64,000 nucleotides of DNA from Marsupella aquatica (taxonomy: Eukaryota > Plantae > Marchantiophyta), in NCBI GenBank assembly GCA_973895155.1, contig OZ316892.1:11410238-11474237 (forward strand), in the 5' to 3' direction. Both the position numbers and the translations under genes were made by a program. Shown piece after piece: positions 35,845 through 47,545 of the stretch (positions are counted from its first letter, which is position 1; each line of letters begins with the position of its first letter). Below the pieces are notes generated by a model. That model did no database searches. It had not been told where the DNA came from and worked only from the letters and a program-made list of their open reading frames with translations.

Positions 35845-38749
35845 AAAAGTATCGTGATGTTGAAGCAGTATTACTGAACCACAAAGCCTTCGATAACGAT
35901 GAAAAACTTTAGCCAAGAATGTTTCCCCAATTTACCCATTTGTTCACTTGACAAAGGCCTTTGTATTGGAGGCCAAGAGTGAATCATTGCCTGTTTATAA
36001 AACGATTTGTCACATAGGAACACTAGTCTGGACATTCTTCACTTCCAGTGCTATGCAGATATCTTCACCGTGTCAACCCAAGGCTGTTTTTTGCACATGG
36101 GTAGAAGGGAGAAGGAGCTGCCTTTGAGGGCGGCCTCAAGGGAGGAGAACATAGGGTTTAATTAGTCCTCCCTTAATTAAACCCTATGTTTCTCTGCAAA
36201 GGCTAAATTAATACAAAGACATGCTAAGCCTTTGCAGAGAAATCCCAGAAAAAACTATCACACTTTTTTCAATATATCATTTATTTTAATTCTTCCATAA
36301 TTATATGATATGTAATCAAAAGGGGTAGAAACGGGAGTACTCTTTCATTATTTTGGTGAGTAATATCTTCAACATCAACAGGTTTCCTAACTAATGCACA
36401 ATAAGATGCTATATTATTGTTAGATTCTATGTAGTTCTCGCCAGAGTGTATCAACAGGTTTGATCTACAGTAGTCAGTCACCAAGCAATCACTTGACCTT
36501 GCTTTGGGTGCCCTCCATCTGCCTTAAAGCTAATATAACGCAGTTATATTTGTTATTGTCCAGAGGTTGTCACGATCATGATCCAAGGAGCAGTACAAAG
36601 AATTGTAGGGCAGGAATTGGACAACCCACAATTGGTTCAGAGACCATGAGAAAAGCTAAACTTGCATCGCGGCACAGGCTGGACCTAGCTGAGTTGTCTA
36701 GTGTCTATTTGTAAAGGACGCAGCTCTGCTGCCGGCATACAACAGATCCCATCTTTTCCAAGCAAATTGACAAGAACACTCGTGTTCCTGCTCAGGCTTG
36801 GTTTCTCTTTGTGTTCCCTCTTAAAATAGATGCTTTAGAAAACACTCTAGCCCATGACCATAATAAATGAACCTCATCAAACTTAAGAGCCACTAGCCCA
36901 GACTACCCCTTCTTTGAAGATGTGAGTAGAGGAGAGGACAATAAAATGTAGCAAAATATATTCCTTTTTCACATTCTTTAAATATTAATGAAATGATTAA
37001 AAAAACAATCATTCATGTCATGCATAATATACCATATGTCTAAACACGTCTTCTTTACATGCACATAGACTTTGGGCCAAAGATTCACGGTTCAGAGGCT
37101 TCATCCTAGAAATGTAGACCTTGACTCTATCTTCCCATTCGCGCTTTATAAGTAAGATTGAAGCTTGAATTGGAGAGGGCACTCATTTGAGCTCCTAGGC
37201 ATTCCACTGAAAAGCTGAGTGAAAGTATGCCCTGCTAAAAATGTCTATGACAATGCCCGTGACAATGTGCAATGAGCACTGAAGAACCCTGACTCCCATC
37301 AAAAAAGACATGATCATAGCCATCTTAAGTGGAAAACATCATTTATGAAACACTTGACACTTTTCCCCCTCAAGTTCCCAATGGCACATTTTTTCCTTCA
37401 TTGTAGTTATCAAGCTAGATCCCTCTCCAACCTGTGAATACTTGAGACAGTATGGGATGAAAATTTTCATGAGTTCTGGAAAGCTTTGATTACTAAACTC
37501 TCCTCAACTCCATTCTTGCACTTGATGGGGTGTTGTTGATGGTGCCTGTTGGTTCTAGTATTATTGGATCTAACAGTCAGTAGCTTGCAACATACGAGCC
37601 AATCACCTTGCAACAACTGCATCAAGTTCAATTCAAGGCTGAGGCAGTTGGGTTTAGGCCCTCTAGACAAAATCCTCTTCATGACCCTCCTGTGCAGTCT
37701 ACTCCGGAGCTCTACTGTGCTTTTCAGTTTGTTGCTCATCAGGCGTTGTTTTTGCCATTGTTGTGGACTCTTGGGTTTCACCTTTATTTTCCCTCCTTTA
37801 ATGGGTCACCTGTCTTTGGGATCTTGTCTCCCACTATGACAATTTTTGGTCTTTGGCAATGTCATACATTTTCTTTTTAATTGAAATGAATGCTATATGT
37901 ATAGTAAGGGAACTACTCTATGTTGCAATGCACTGTTTGTTCAAAGCAAGGAAGGTGAAGGCAAGTTTGCAATAAGCTCAGGGTGGAGAAGGGTGATGGA
38001 CACAATAAATGATAAAATAGTTTACATGTCATCTTGTTCCAAAGATTACATGTAAACTCATACAACTGGCTACCAATGGTTACCGTGCATATAAGCTCTT
38101 TCACTTCCTTATCATGCCACTGTAAGGTTCCAGGAGTATTATGGAAATTATTAAAAAAAGGTTCTAGGAGTATTGTGACACAACAAATTCCCTGTGTCCA
38201 TTCAAGTAACAATGCGGAACTGTTGTGTCCATAGAGGCTCCACTGTCAGTGTTCCATAAAATTTACTGTGAAATTCATTTATTGCAGATGAAACTATTCA
38301 AGTTGACCGTTCATGGGAAGATTCATTTTTTACAATCTCTTGTGTCCCACTCCTAGATGCTGCTGGCCGGCCTGTTTCCATGTGGATAATAAGAGAATGA
38401 CCTTTCAAGTTTTTCTAATTAATGTGAGGTTGTTTTGTGTGCATAGGTCCCGGGTTTGAATACTCCTGTAGGCGTCCAGCTTTTTACACAAACCCCACCC
38501 AAAAGTGGGGTTCAGACAAAACTAGTGTGACACTTAGAAAAAATGTCCATTTTGGATTCTTTTGAGCAGGGGAAGTAGGGTGGGTGGGCAGCAGGATTAG
38601 TCTCCCTGAATCAAACCAACTAGTACTGTAGTTGTGTCCTTCATCTCCGGCATCTATATTCAACAATGATGAATGGTGGGACCCAACAGATAGCAATAAA
38701 TGACTTGGTATAGACCTTCGTGTTACAAATAAAAATGGGTGACATCAAA

Positions 38750-39242
38750 GAGTGAAACAACATTCACAACGGCATGCCCATAATTATACAACGAACAAGT
38801 AGTCGACATAGAGGCATATGTGAGTCACCTCAGTTCAGGCTACGTACATGGGAACACACAAGAGCTTTACTGCACTCTACGCCCGTTAGCTATCCCGGGT
38901 CTTCGCAATACAACTTTTCTGTACCTCTCAATTGGCTCCGTAACACTGAGCCTAGTTGCCCAAAGAGGCATGGATGTGTGGTAGCTCACTTGAATTGAAA
39001 GTGATAGGTCTAGAGTTCAAATGTTGTGACTAACTTTTCCCTTTCTATGGGGTTTCACAGATTTCCCCTTAGAAAACCAAAAAAACCCATGAAATAAAAC
39101 AATGATCCTAAGTTACTCCTCATAAACAACAGCTTGTGTGTGCATATATTGTGGAGCATGATTAACCTAACCAAGTCTACAACTAAGTTAGTCTAACTAT
39201 GGTTGCAATCGTAATTCTAGACCTAAAAGTAAATGTTTAACA
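38750..39242 (-). mobile_element. Degenerate LTR of the same Copia group, interrupted by a SINE
   Basis: 38750-38957 matches the reverse complement of the LTR 3' half (GGGAACACACAAGAGCTTTACTG). The end at 39242 reads TGTTAAACATTTACTTTTAGGTCTAG on the minus strand, like the LTR start. Confidence 0.72.
38958..39086 (+). mobile_element. Second, internally deleted copy of the 5919-6080 SINE
   Basis: Shares GTGGTAGCTCACTTGAATTGA...GGGGTTTCACAGATTTCCCCTTAGAAAA with 5919-6080. Confidence 0.82.
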
Positions 39243-40427
39243 TGAAAAACATCCAACAACAACATAGAAAAAAGAGGTTATCATGATGAGAACTTCTAAC
39301 CTTCAGCTCACATTAAATTCCACCTTAGTGAAATGCATTTGCCACTACTAGCAAAACCTTGTCACGCTTTTGTCTTTGATTAGCAAGTGGATTAGCCAGC
39401 TTCCCACCTACACAGATCCCGATCTTACTATTAGGGCATCTCAAATCTGGCAATTTGATGGACCTTAACTCTCTAGTTATGGGTTATGGACATAAAAAGT
39501 TATTGACTTCAGAATTCACAGTCCATAACTTTTTGTCTGAAGTATTGGTCTTATACCATAACCATTAGTCGCTCTAGAGGCTGGTGAAAGGAAACCAAAA
39601 AAACTTTTACACAATATCTTGTGAAAAAGTTATGACCTTTTGTTTATGACCAATTGCCATCATCCATAATTTCCAAGCTTTGAGAACCCCCTTTAAATCA
39701 CTAACAAAAGCTGGAGTTAGGGTCTAGGCTTCTAAAGGGAAGCCTCTAGATTGTAAGTATAGGGCCCTGAAGTGAAGCCTCTAGGCAAGAACTCTAGGGC
39801 CCCACCATGTGAATGGATATGATCTATGTCAAATGATAATATGCATGATTTTTGTCACAGTATCTCCTTATATTCAAAGAACGGGCATTGAGGCTCGTAG
39901 TTAGAATCTGACCATTGTCCTTAAATCTAGGGAGATCTAACCATCACAATTCATTTACATAAGTTATATAAGGAGCATCTGCTCCTCTACACAAGGTGAC
40001 ATTAGCCACCTTGGCGAAAACGAAAAATCCTTAAAGATTACCCTGCTTCAGATCTCTTTCATCTGACGATTGTATCGTGAACAAGTCTTCTGGATAAAAA
40101 GCGGATGGACTTGTCATCGTCTGGACATTTTGGTATACAGATTACTCGATCGATTCAGGAGTGCTGTAAATCAGCCTTTCAGGCAAACACGATTGGTTTG
40201 GACTTGACAGAAATGTCTCGTTTGGATTCACACAAACTAGAGAATTATGTCGTCGTGGTCTGTGTGCGAGGCTTCCAATTCGGTTCCTGCTGAACAGCTT
40301 TGCTTTGCTGCCTCAAAGCAAAATTAATGGTCGCTGTGGAACTCAATCCTCTCGATTCCATGCTCGATTCCATGAATGCGATCATGCGGGGGTGAGAGAC
40401 GCCATTGTCCTAAATTTTCTCGGCGCC

Positions 40428-42110
40428 ATGGATGCCATGATGGTTTTACCTAAGGCGATAAATGCTTCGACCTTCCCGTGTCATGTGAGAGCAGGTGCAA
40501 CGACAATAGGAACTACTTCAAAGGCAGCTGGTAGAACGGTACAGAGGAGCTCAAACAGAGGTCTAAGCTCTGGAAGGGTTGGCTGCCATCGGAGTATTTG
40601 GACGCAAGGGTCTGTCTCGATTAGGAGAATTGCTCAAAGGATAGAAACAGACTACGTTTCTCGAATTGCAAGACCCTACTCTGTTACAAATGCCACGGCG
40701 GAGGAAAGAGGAGGAGGAGGAGCAGCAGCTGCTGCAGCGGTATCCATCCAAGAGGAGGATGCGCATTCATCAGGTGCCAGGGACACTGACGAGAGAAATG
40801 GCGGCACACAAGAGACGGGAGTCATTGTGATTGGAGCGGGCCTGGCAGGCCTTGCAGCAGCAAGGTATCTGGCGACAGAATGCATTCCGTTCCGAGTCGT
40901 AGAGGCTTCGGATGGCGTCGGGGGGAGAGTAAGGACCGACACTTTTCGAGGGTTTTTGCTGGACAGAGGATTTCAAATTCATATCACAGCGTATCCGGAA
41001 GCAGTGCGAATTCTAGACTACGGACAGCTCGACCTGAGAAACTTCTACGCTGGGGCGAGTGTTTGGTTCGACGGGGGATTCCATCGTGTGGCTGATCCAT
41101 TCCGCCATTTTGCTGATGGCTTGCTCTCGCTCACCAACCCCATCGGATCCATCTTCGATAAGATCCTGGTCGGCATCGTGAGGGCTCAAGCAGCCTTGAA
41201 GTCTGAGGAAGACATTCTATCTTCTGAAGAGACGTCGATCGAGGAGCGGCTCGTCCGAACCGGGTTTAGCACGGCTATGGTGGACAGATTCTTTCGACCT
41301 TTCTTCGGAGGCATTTTTTTCGACAGGGAGTTGCAAACGACGTCTCGCTTGTTCGACTTTGTGTTCAAATGCCTGGCTCTCGGATCAAACACTCTGCCAG
41401 CAAGCGGTATAGGCGCAATTCCCGAACAACTTGCTGCTGGGCTTCCCAAGGGCTCCATTCTGCTCAATTCGAAGGTCGTGGAATTGATTGAAGATGGCTC
41501 CAGCGGAGCCGTCGTGGGTGTCAAATTGGAGAACGGGAGGGAGCTGACAGCGAAGTACGGTATGGTGGTGGCGGTGGAGGGACCTGAGGCAGCTCGACTG
41601 CTCGGGGCGAAGCTTCCCACGACCCCCTCGGTGTCGCAGCCACCTCGTAGCACCATCTGTTTGTACTTCTCATCGGACAAATCCCCGACCACGGAACCGA
41701 TTCTCTTCCTCAACGGATCTGGCAACGGCTTAGTGAATAACATGTTCTTCCCTTCCACTGTGGTACAGACCTATGCACCTCCCGGGAAAACTCTCGTTTC
41801 TGTGTCCCTCATTGGCACTTTCGATGAGAATTCGGACGCCGACCTGGAGCTGAGGGTCCGAGAAGAGCTCTCTGGATGGTTTGGCACGGAGGTGGTTGGA
41901 GCTTGGGAGCATCTCAGGACTTACAGAATTCCATTCGCTCAACCGAATCAATGTCCGCCCACAGAATTACTCAAGGATCCTTGCGTCAGCGACGGTGTTT
42001 ACGTTTGTGGCGACCACAGAGATTCGTCGACTTTCGATGGGGCTCTGGTGTCTGGAAGGCGCGCAGTACAGGCTCTTATTGCAGACAAAGTTTTGGTTTC
42101 TTATGGTTGA
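40428..42110 (+). CDS. FAD-dependent oxidoreductase (amine oxidase/phytoene desaturase superfamily), likely plastid-targeted, single exon
   Basis: Rossmann motif VIVIGAGLAGLAAA...EASDGVGGRV, LDRGFQ, C-terminal VCGDH...FDGALVSGRRA and a Ser/Arg/Ala-rich transit-like N-terminus. The first in-frame ATG is at 40428. Confidence 0.92.
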   Translation: MDAMMVLPKAINASTFPCHVRAGATTIGTTSKAAGRTVQRSSNRGLSSGRVGCHRSIWTQGSVSIRRIAQRIETDYVSRIARPYSVTNATAEERGGGGAAAAAAVSIQEEDAHSSGARDTDERNGGTQETGVIVIGAGLAGLAAARYLATECIPFRVVEASDGVGGRVRTDTFRGFLLDRGFQIHITAYPEAVRILDYGQLDLRNFYAGASVWFDGGFHRVADPFRHFADGLLSLTNPIGSIFDKILVGIVRAQAALKSEEDILSSEETSIEERLVRTGFSTAMVDRFFRPFFGGIFFDRELQTTSRLFDFVFKCLALGSNTLPASGIGAIPEQLAAGLPKGSILLNSKVVELIEDGSSGAVVGVKLENGRELTAKYGMVVAVEGPEAARLLGAKLPTTPSVSQPPRSTICLYFSSDKSPTTEPILFLNGSGNGLVNNMFFPSTVVQTYAPPGKTLVSVSLIGTFDENSDADLELRVREELSGWFGTEVVGAWEHLRTYRIPFAQPNQCPPTELLKDPCVSDGVYVCGDHRDSSTFDGALVSGRRAVQALIADKVLVSYG

Positions 42111-42656
42111 CAATTGCGCCAGTTCCATCAGGCTGAAGAAAACGTTATACCCTCTGTTCAGCTTTCCGAGGTGGCTGAACGAGTTTGCCTGGGGAAATTT
42201 AAATTAGTACGTTAGAACACACCTGAACTGGCTTTCGGGCTCATTTGCCGTCATTCCCATCATGGAATGCAATGTACCACTACAAGAGCTGGCTTTCGGG
42301 CTCAACTGCTGTCATTCCTATCATGGATACAATGTACAATTATGAGTTCGATTCTTCCTGTCTTTCTGGTATTTCATGTTGAATGCGAGATGTGCGTTAG
42401 GCACGAAAAATGTACAGCCACAAGCCCTCTTTATAAGAGTTTGCGACTGAGATTGCTTAGAGGAAAATTCCCAATGTAGTCTCTCCTCTGGTGATTCCCT
42501 GCATGGTTAGCGCTGCCAGACCGACAGACCCCTGGTAAGAACATACCAGGCTCTTTTCGATGTTTGATAGCATTTCAATATCCCACTCAGTCGTTTTTCT
42601 CCTTTCGGAGATTCACAAGTCAATTCAATTCAATTCTCAACTTGGTAGCCATTGCG

Positions 42657-42781
42657 GCTCATCATCTAGAGCTACTGTCGTGAGAAGCAAGGACCTCGGC
42701 GAAATATTTGCGCACCGAGCTCATCATCTAGAGCTACTGTTGTGAGAAGCAAGGACCTCGGCAGGAAATTTGTGCACCGAG
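42657..42781. repeat. Two-copy tandem repeat, about 62 bp
   Basis: GCTCATCATCTAGAGCTACTGT(C/T)GTGAGAAGCAAGGACCTCGGC occurs twice. Confidence 0.85.
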
Positions 42782-44239
42782 ATAGTTTGCTATCCGGCCT
42801 GTAATGGGTGCAAGATTAATATGCCAATGTGCTCATGTGAGGAACTTGGGTAGCATGAGCCTTTTTGCCAAGTTTTGGAAGTCGGTACTTTTGCCCGTAC
42901 ATTTGCGTCCACCTCAAAGAAATCCGGTGCCACGCCGTTTCGTGCTCCACTTCCTTTTTCCTGTCTCCCTACAACTTTTATTGAGTACAAAGCAGTAACG
43001 GAAAATAAGCAAAGCAACTGTGATGCAACATTTGAATCAGCCCTCTGTTCCAAGCTGCAGGGTTTCGAGGAGTTACTGAAAATTTGCCCTGCAGGTTCCG
43101 TGGTTATTTGTGGAGAATTTGACGGATGATGTCGTGAGCAGCCACTTCATAAGCTTTTGCTTTACTATGTTATCATCGTTGATCCGTGACTCACGTGCCC
43201 TCTGTAATTGAATTGAAATCCGGCTGGTGTTGGGGAGGTCGACAAAATTTCCAGAGGTCTAACTGCTCTTAGAGGGCGTTATCTGAAACGAACATATCTC
43301 GAGAGCATCTTCAGTGAATAAAAGGATCTTTACTTGGGATGGAAAGAAAACATGCAGTGGGTGTTTACCAGTATCTAAATGACCACCTAGGTTGTCTACA
43401 GTTAAACATTATTTCCGGAAAAAGAACACGTATCCAATCATCCAAAATTCTCCCTGAATTTCTACATCGGAAGTGCCATACCGCTTTACTGCTTCTCTCA
43501 AGACTCGGCTTTCAGCTGGATTGGTTGCGTTGCAAGCATAAGAGTGGCAGGAAAAGAGCCGTGCCTTAGGATTGTAGTCCAGCCAAATACATTGTAAACT
43601 AGAAGAAGCGAAGGAAGAATATCTTCGTCAACAGGCTACGAAGAGTGACGATCATCACCAAAAAGGAACGGCGGCTCCACAAGCAATCTTGTGCTACATC
43701 TTCCCTTGCCTGATTCTAACCTGATTCCAATTAGTATCACAGCTGCAATTCATGCATGGCGAAACAAATTTCAATTTGCAGAAGGCACTTCAGAACAGTA
43801 TGACAATTAGCTCGCGTGGAATCAGTCGAAAAATGAGGCACTTACCAACAGTTACATGTAGGCATCATGCCTGGCAGCCGGACTCGAGTAAACTGGCTCC
43901 AAATAATTACTCTCATCCACGAAGATAAGTTAACTAGTTCAAACTTCGCAATTCCTCTGGAGCAGCCAGAGGAAGATGTTTCATCTGTACAAAGACTCAT
44001 GATTCTAAAATAGAAATAAACAGTGCCACCGTCTTCTATGAACTGCGCAGCTCCTAGAGAAAGAGGAACTGGTCCTAGAACACGAATTCTTATGGGTTCC
44101 TCATATTGAGAGCAAAGGAAAAATTAGTTTCTTCAAATTGGGTGCCAAAGCCTTGGTCTTAGCGAATTCATATGTTCATGAATCCTCATACAAAGCACTT
44201 CGACACTGTGTCTTCATCATTGTTGTCCTCGTTGGAGCT

Positions 44240-45113
44240 TCACCGGAATTTGGAGACACTCGACCTTTCCGACAGAGGCTTCTTCCATTTCTGCTCCTTG
44301 GCCTGTCTCTGTTCCGTAAGACTGATTGAGCTTGAAACAGCACTGGCTTGCCGAGAGTCCTCGGTATTCTGTTTTGTTTCCGTAAGACTGACTGAGCTTG
44401 AAACCACAGTGCTGGTTTCCTTAGTGTCCTCGGTATTCTGTGTTTGTTCCGTGAGATTGACTGAGCTTGAAACAGTACTGATTTGCTGAGTAGTCTCCTG
44501 TTTCAACTGCCCTGCACCACCGTGAAGCGTGACCGTCTTCGACTCGTCTATAGCAATCTTAATTACTTGCTTCTTTCGAGCCTTACTGGGGCCTGCGCGA
44601 TTCACGTTCTTTGAGATTCTTTCGGACAAGGCTGTTGCGTGCACATTTCCCATTTTCCTTAAACCCTGAGACCGGGTGACCGGCTTGCGCACCCCGCCGG
44701 TGTTCGGCTCCTCCTCATCCGACTGAAACAGTGAACAGCATAATGAGAAACTGACCCTACCAGTTTAATGAAAATTTGATTTATGGAAGATAGTTTTTTC
44801 TCAGCGGCAGCATTATACCCGATGTTGTTATTCTTAGCCAGTCCATGAAAAGTGGAAAGTGGAAAGATCGTAAAGACACACTCACATCGTTGTTGTTCAA
44901 AGGCCGAAGAACAGCAGTAATGTCCTGCAAAGGCGACCGCGGGTACCCCACAGGGAGGGGGCTCTTGTTCTCACCTCCTCCTCCATAGACATGAAAGTTC
45001 TCCTTATCGGCTTCTGTGAACTTGGCCACCTTCTTGCTCGTCCCTCTCCCGGCGACCCCGCCACCACCTCTCGAAGAAGTGACCGTCGTCTCCTCCTCGC
45101 TGCCTTTCATCAT
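44240..45113 (-). CDS. UVI4/POLYCHOME/OSD1-like APC/C inhibitor, 2 exons (45113-44886, 44722-44240), about 236 aa
   Basis: KEN box (DKEN), SPLPVGYPRSPLQDIT resembling the family LPSWYPRTPLRDIT D-box block, and a C-terminal FR tail in place of MR. A phase-0 GT-AG intron joins the two ORFs. Confidence 0.68.
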
Positions 45114-46812
45114 GCTGCCTCACTAAAATTGCCCCAACCTCCTCCGCCTATCTGTCTTCAAAGCTAAACAAACCCCTCCCGCTATTTTTCTCAAGCCAAA
45201 TTCTCCTCCTGGGGCCTCCTACTTCTCCTACTTCTCCTTCCGCAATTTCCTCATCTTGCTTCTCTTCCGTTCTTTTCGTTCTTTCTTTACTTCCCACAAT
45301 CGCGTTGTGCTGCTCCCTCGCTGCGCGTAGCGAGCCGTTTGAACCCAATTCTGGGACGGAAGCTTCTTCTTCTTCAAATATTGAAACGCGGCAAAATGCC
45401 GAGAGGAACAGATCGAGTTTTTTCCTCTCCCTCCCTGCACCTATTCGAGTTGCGAGACGGCACGACACGAGACGAGACGAGAGAAGAGAAGAGAAGAGAG
45501 GAGCGAAGGGTGAGCGAAGGATGGAGGCGAGACCCTCGAGGGATGGGGCTTGGTGTAAATTTGAATTCGATCGCGCGAGGGCGGGCGGCACGTGGGCAAC
45601 GGATCCAACGGTTGCCTCATTAGAGCATCTCCAGAGGTTGCTTACACTCGTAATGTCCTCAGTGATTATCTCTTTTTAATTTTTGAGGCCGATTTATGTA
45701 AAACTAGGAAAAATAAACTCTCTTGGGTTATTTAATTGTAATAAGGTCCTGCTATGGGAACATTATGGGCATAGGATCCCCTCAAAACTTGGGCCGCAGC
45801 TCTTGGGATACCATGGCACGCGATAGGGCGTGCAAAGCACGGCTCTAACTCAGTTACGGTTCAGGAGATAAAACTTTGCTACGGCCAGGACAAAATCACT
45901 ATGGGCTACCAAAATATGTGCCCCGTAAGGGTGATATGTCCAAAGAAATAAAGCCGTAACACATTGGTTACAGGAGAACTTTGACACGCCCTAATGCCCT
46001 ACAAAGAATACTTTACTATATAAGTTAACAGCCCCTCAAAACTCAAGCGGAAGCTTGTAGGGAATTGTGGCACACAATGCCATGTAGCTTTACGTATTCA
46101 GGACAAAAATGTTGGTAGTGCAAGTGGAACTTGGGAAAATAATTATGGTGCATGTTTTAGGAATATTCTAAGCATTTTGATATTAACTACTAATGTAACA
46201 GTGCAAACTTTGATTTTTAAGTGATATCTAGATATTTTGTTTATGACATTGTGCTATAATTTAAAAGTAAGATGGGGGTAAAGAATATTGAGGTTTCACA
46301 AGCAGGGCAAATAATTGTCACTACTGTATGTAAGTAGCAGTCATGGTCAAAAGAAACTCAGCCCCAACCATTTCCTATTTCCCTCCATGCTAATAATCAG
46401 CTTCACACCACCATAAATTACAATCTTGAAAACTCAGCAACAAACCCAATAGGAAGTCAAAATTGTATATTCTCTCCCAAGTATTAGATCTAGTTACCGA
46501 GAAACCCTGTGCCTCAAAACCCAACGTAGTTAGAGTGATGGGTTGTACATGACTATTTGCATTTTAGTAAGTGAGTTTATAAAGCTCTCCAGTAAAAGTT
46601 GGACATGCTCAAGGAGGGTCCCCAAGGTGTCAAAGGAAACCCATGGCCTTGAGCAGGTTACTGCCATGGCCCCAACAGGCCACACCAAGGGCTAACAAGC
46701 ATAGCCCCCACACTCTTTTCCACATGAAACTCTGAAATTTTGAGACGCAGCAGTGGTTAGGCATCATGAGACTTGGAACCTCCAAGACAGACTAATGAGG
46801 GGGTTATGGCTA

Positions 46813-47545
46813 CCGTCTTTGTTAGATATTGCTCTAGTCTTGTGACTCATGAGCTAACCACAGTTAGTCTAACTTGGGTTAGGACTTAACTAATGTTAGC
46901 GGTAGTGCTGTTGTGCATATAGCCAGGGCTGATGTCAAACCCTGGTGGAACTTAGGCTCATTATTACGGAGCTAGTTGAGAGATAGGGAGAGCTTGTGCT
47001 GTGGATGCTTGGTATGGCCGGTCGGCCTAGAGTGCAGTAAAGCTCTTGTGTGTTCCCGTGGACGTAGCCTCATGTGGAGGTGAACCACGTATCTCTCTGT
47101 GTCAACTCTTGTACGTTGGATGGTTCATGGGCTTGCCATTACGAATGTCATCTATGCTCAACAGTCTTCCCCCGACCACAGCGCCATGGCCTCATATTCA
47201 ATAATGAGCCATGGGGCGCTCTATTCGAATAGTGCTTTGGGGGCATTGTATTTGAGTTTTGACTAAGCATTGTTTTCTTTTTTGGTACTTAAAGAGCGTT
47301 GTGTTTGGAAATGGGCGTTGTATTTGAATATTGGCTTTGTTTTTGAGTGTTGACATTGTTATATGATTCAAGAATTTTTTAACCGTTTGTGCTCAATGTA
47401 AAACAGTTTCCGGTCAAAACTTGAACACAACACCAGGGTGTTGTGTTATACCTAGGTTGTGTTTGGGTTCAAATGAGTTCTTTGTCACAGGACCAAAAAA
47501 AATCCATTTTTGAACACAATCCCTGGGCCATGTGTTTGGAGGAAG
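46813..47545. mobile_element. Mariner/pogo-type MITE (same family as 19927-20987) split by a solo LTR
   Basis: TA|CCGTCTT[LTR]CCCCGACCACAGCGCC...GGGGCGCTCTATTCGAATA matches the reverse complement of 20880-20987. The other end is GTGTTTGGAGGAAGG at about 47545. Confidence 0.68.
46820..47163 (+). mobile_element. Solo LTR (344 bp) related to the Copia LTRs
   Basis: TG...CA ends and 5-bp TSD GTCTT (46815-46819 and 47164-47168). The 3' half is similar to 22955-23164, while U3 differs and lacks the 18-bp array. Confidence 0.92.

Noticed and set aside
37140-38350. Possible gene or transposase remnant (ORFs 37467..37781 and 37913..38212)
   Set aside because: No recognisable motif and fragmented frames. 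Probably old TE debris that I cannot classify.
39434-39692. Tourist/Harbinger-like MITE (GGGCATCTCAAA...TTTGAGAACCCC)
   Set aside because: The TIR match is weak and the TSD unclear.
40305-40427. N-terminal extension of the oxidoreductase in the ORF track
   Set aside because: It starts at TTG. The first ATG, in good context, is at 40428.
45148-45679. Overlapping ORFs of 70-147 aa
   Set aside because: GA/CT-rich leader and promoter of the UVI4-like gene, with no protein motif.
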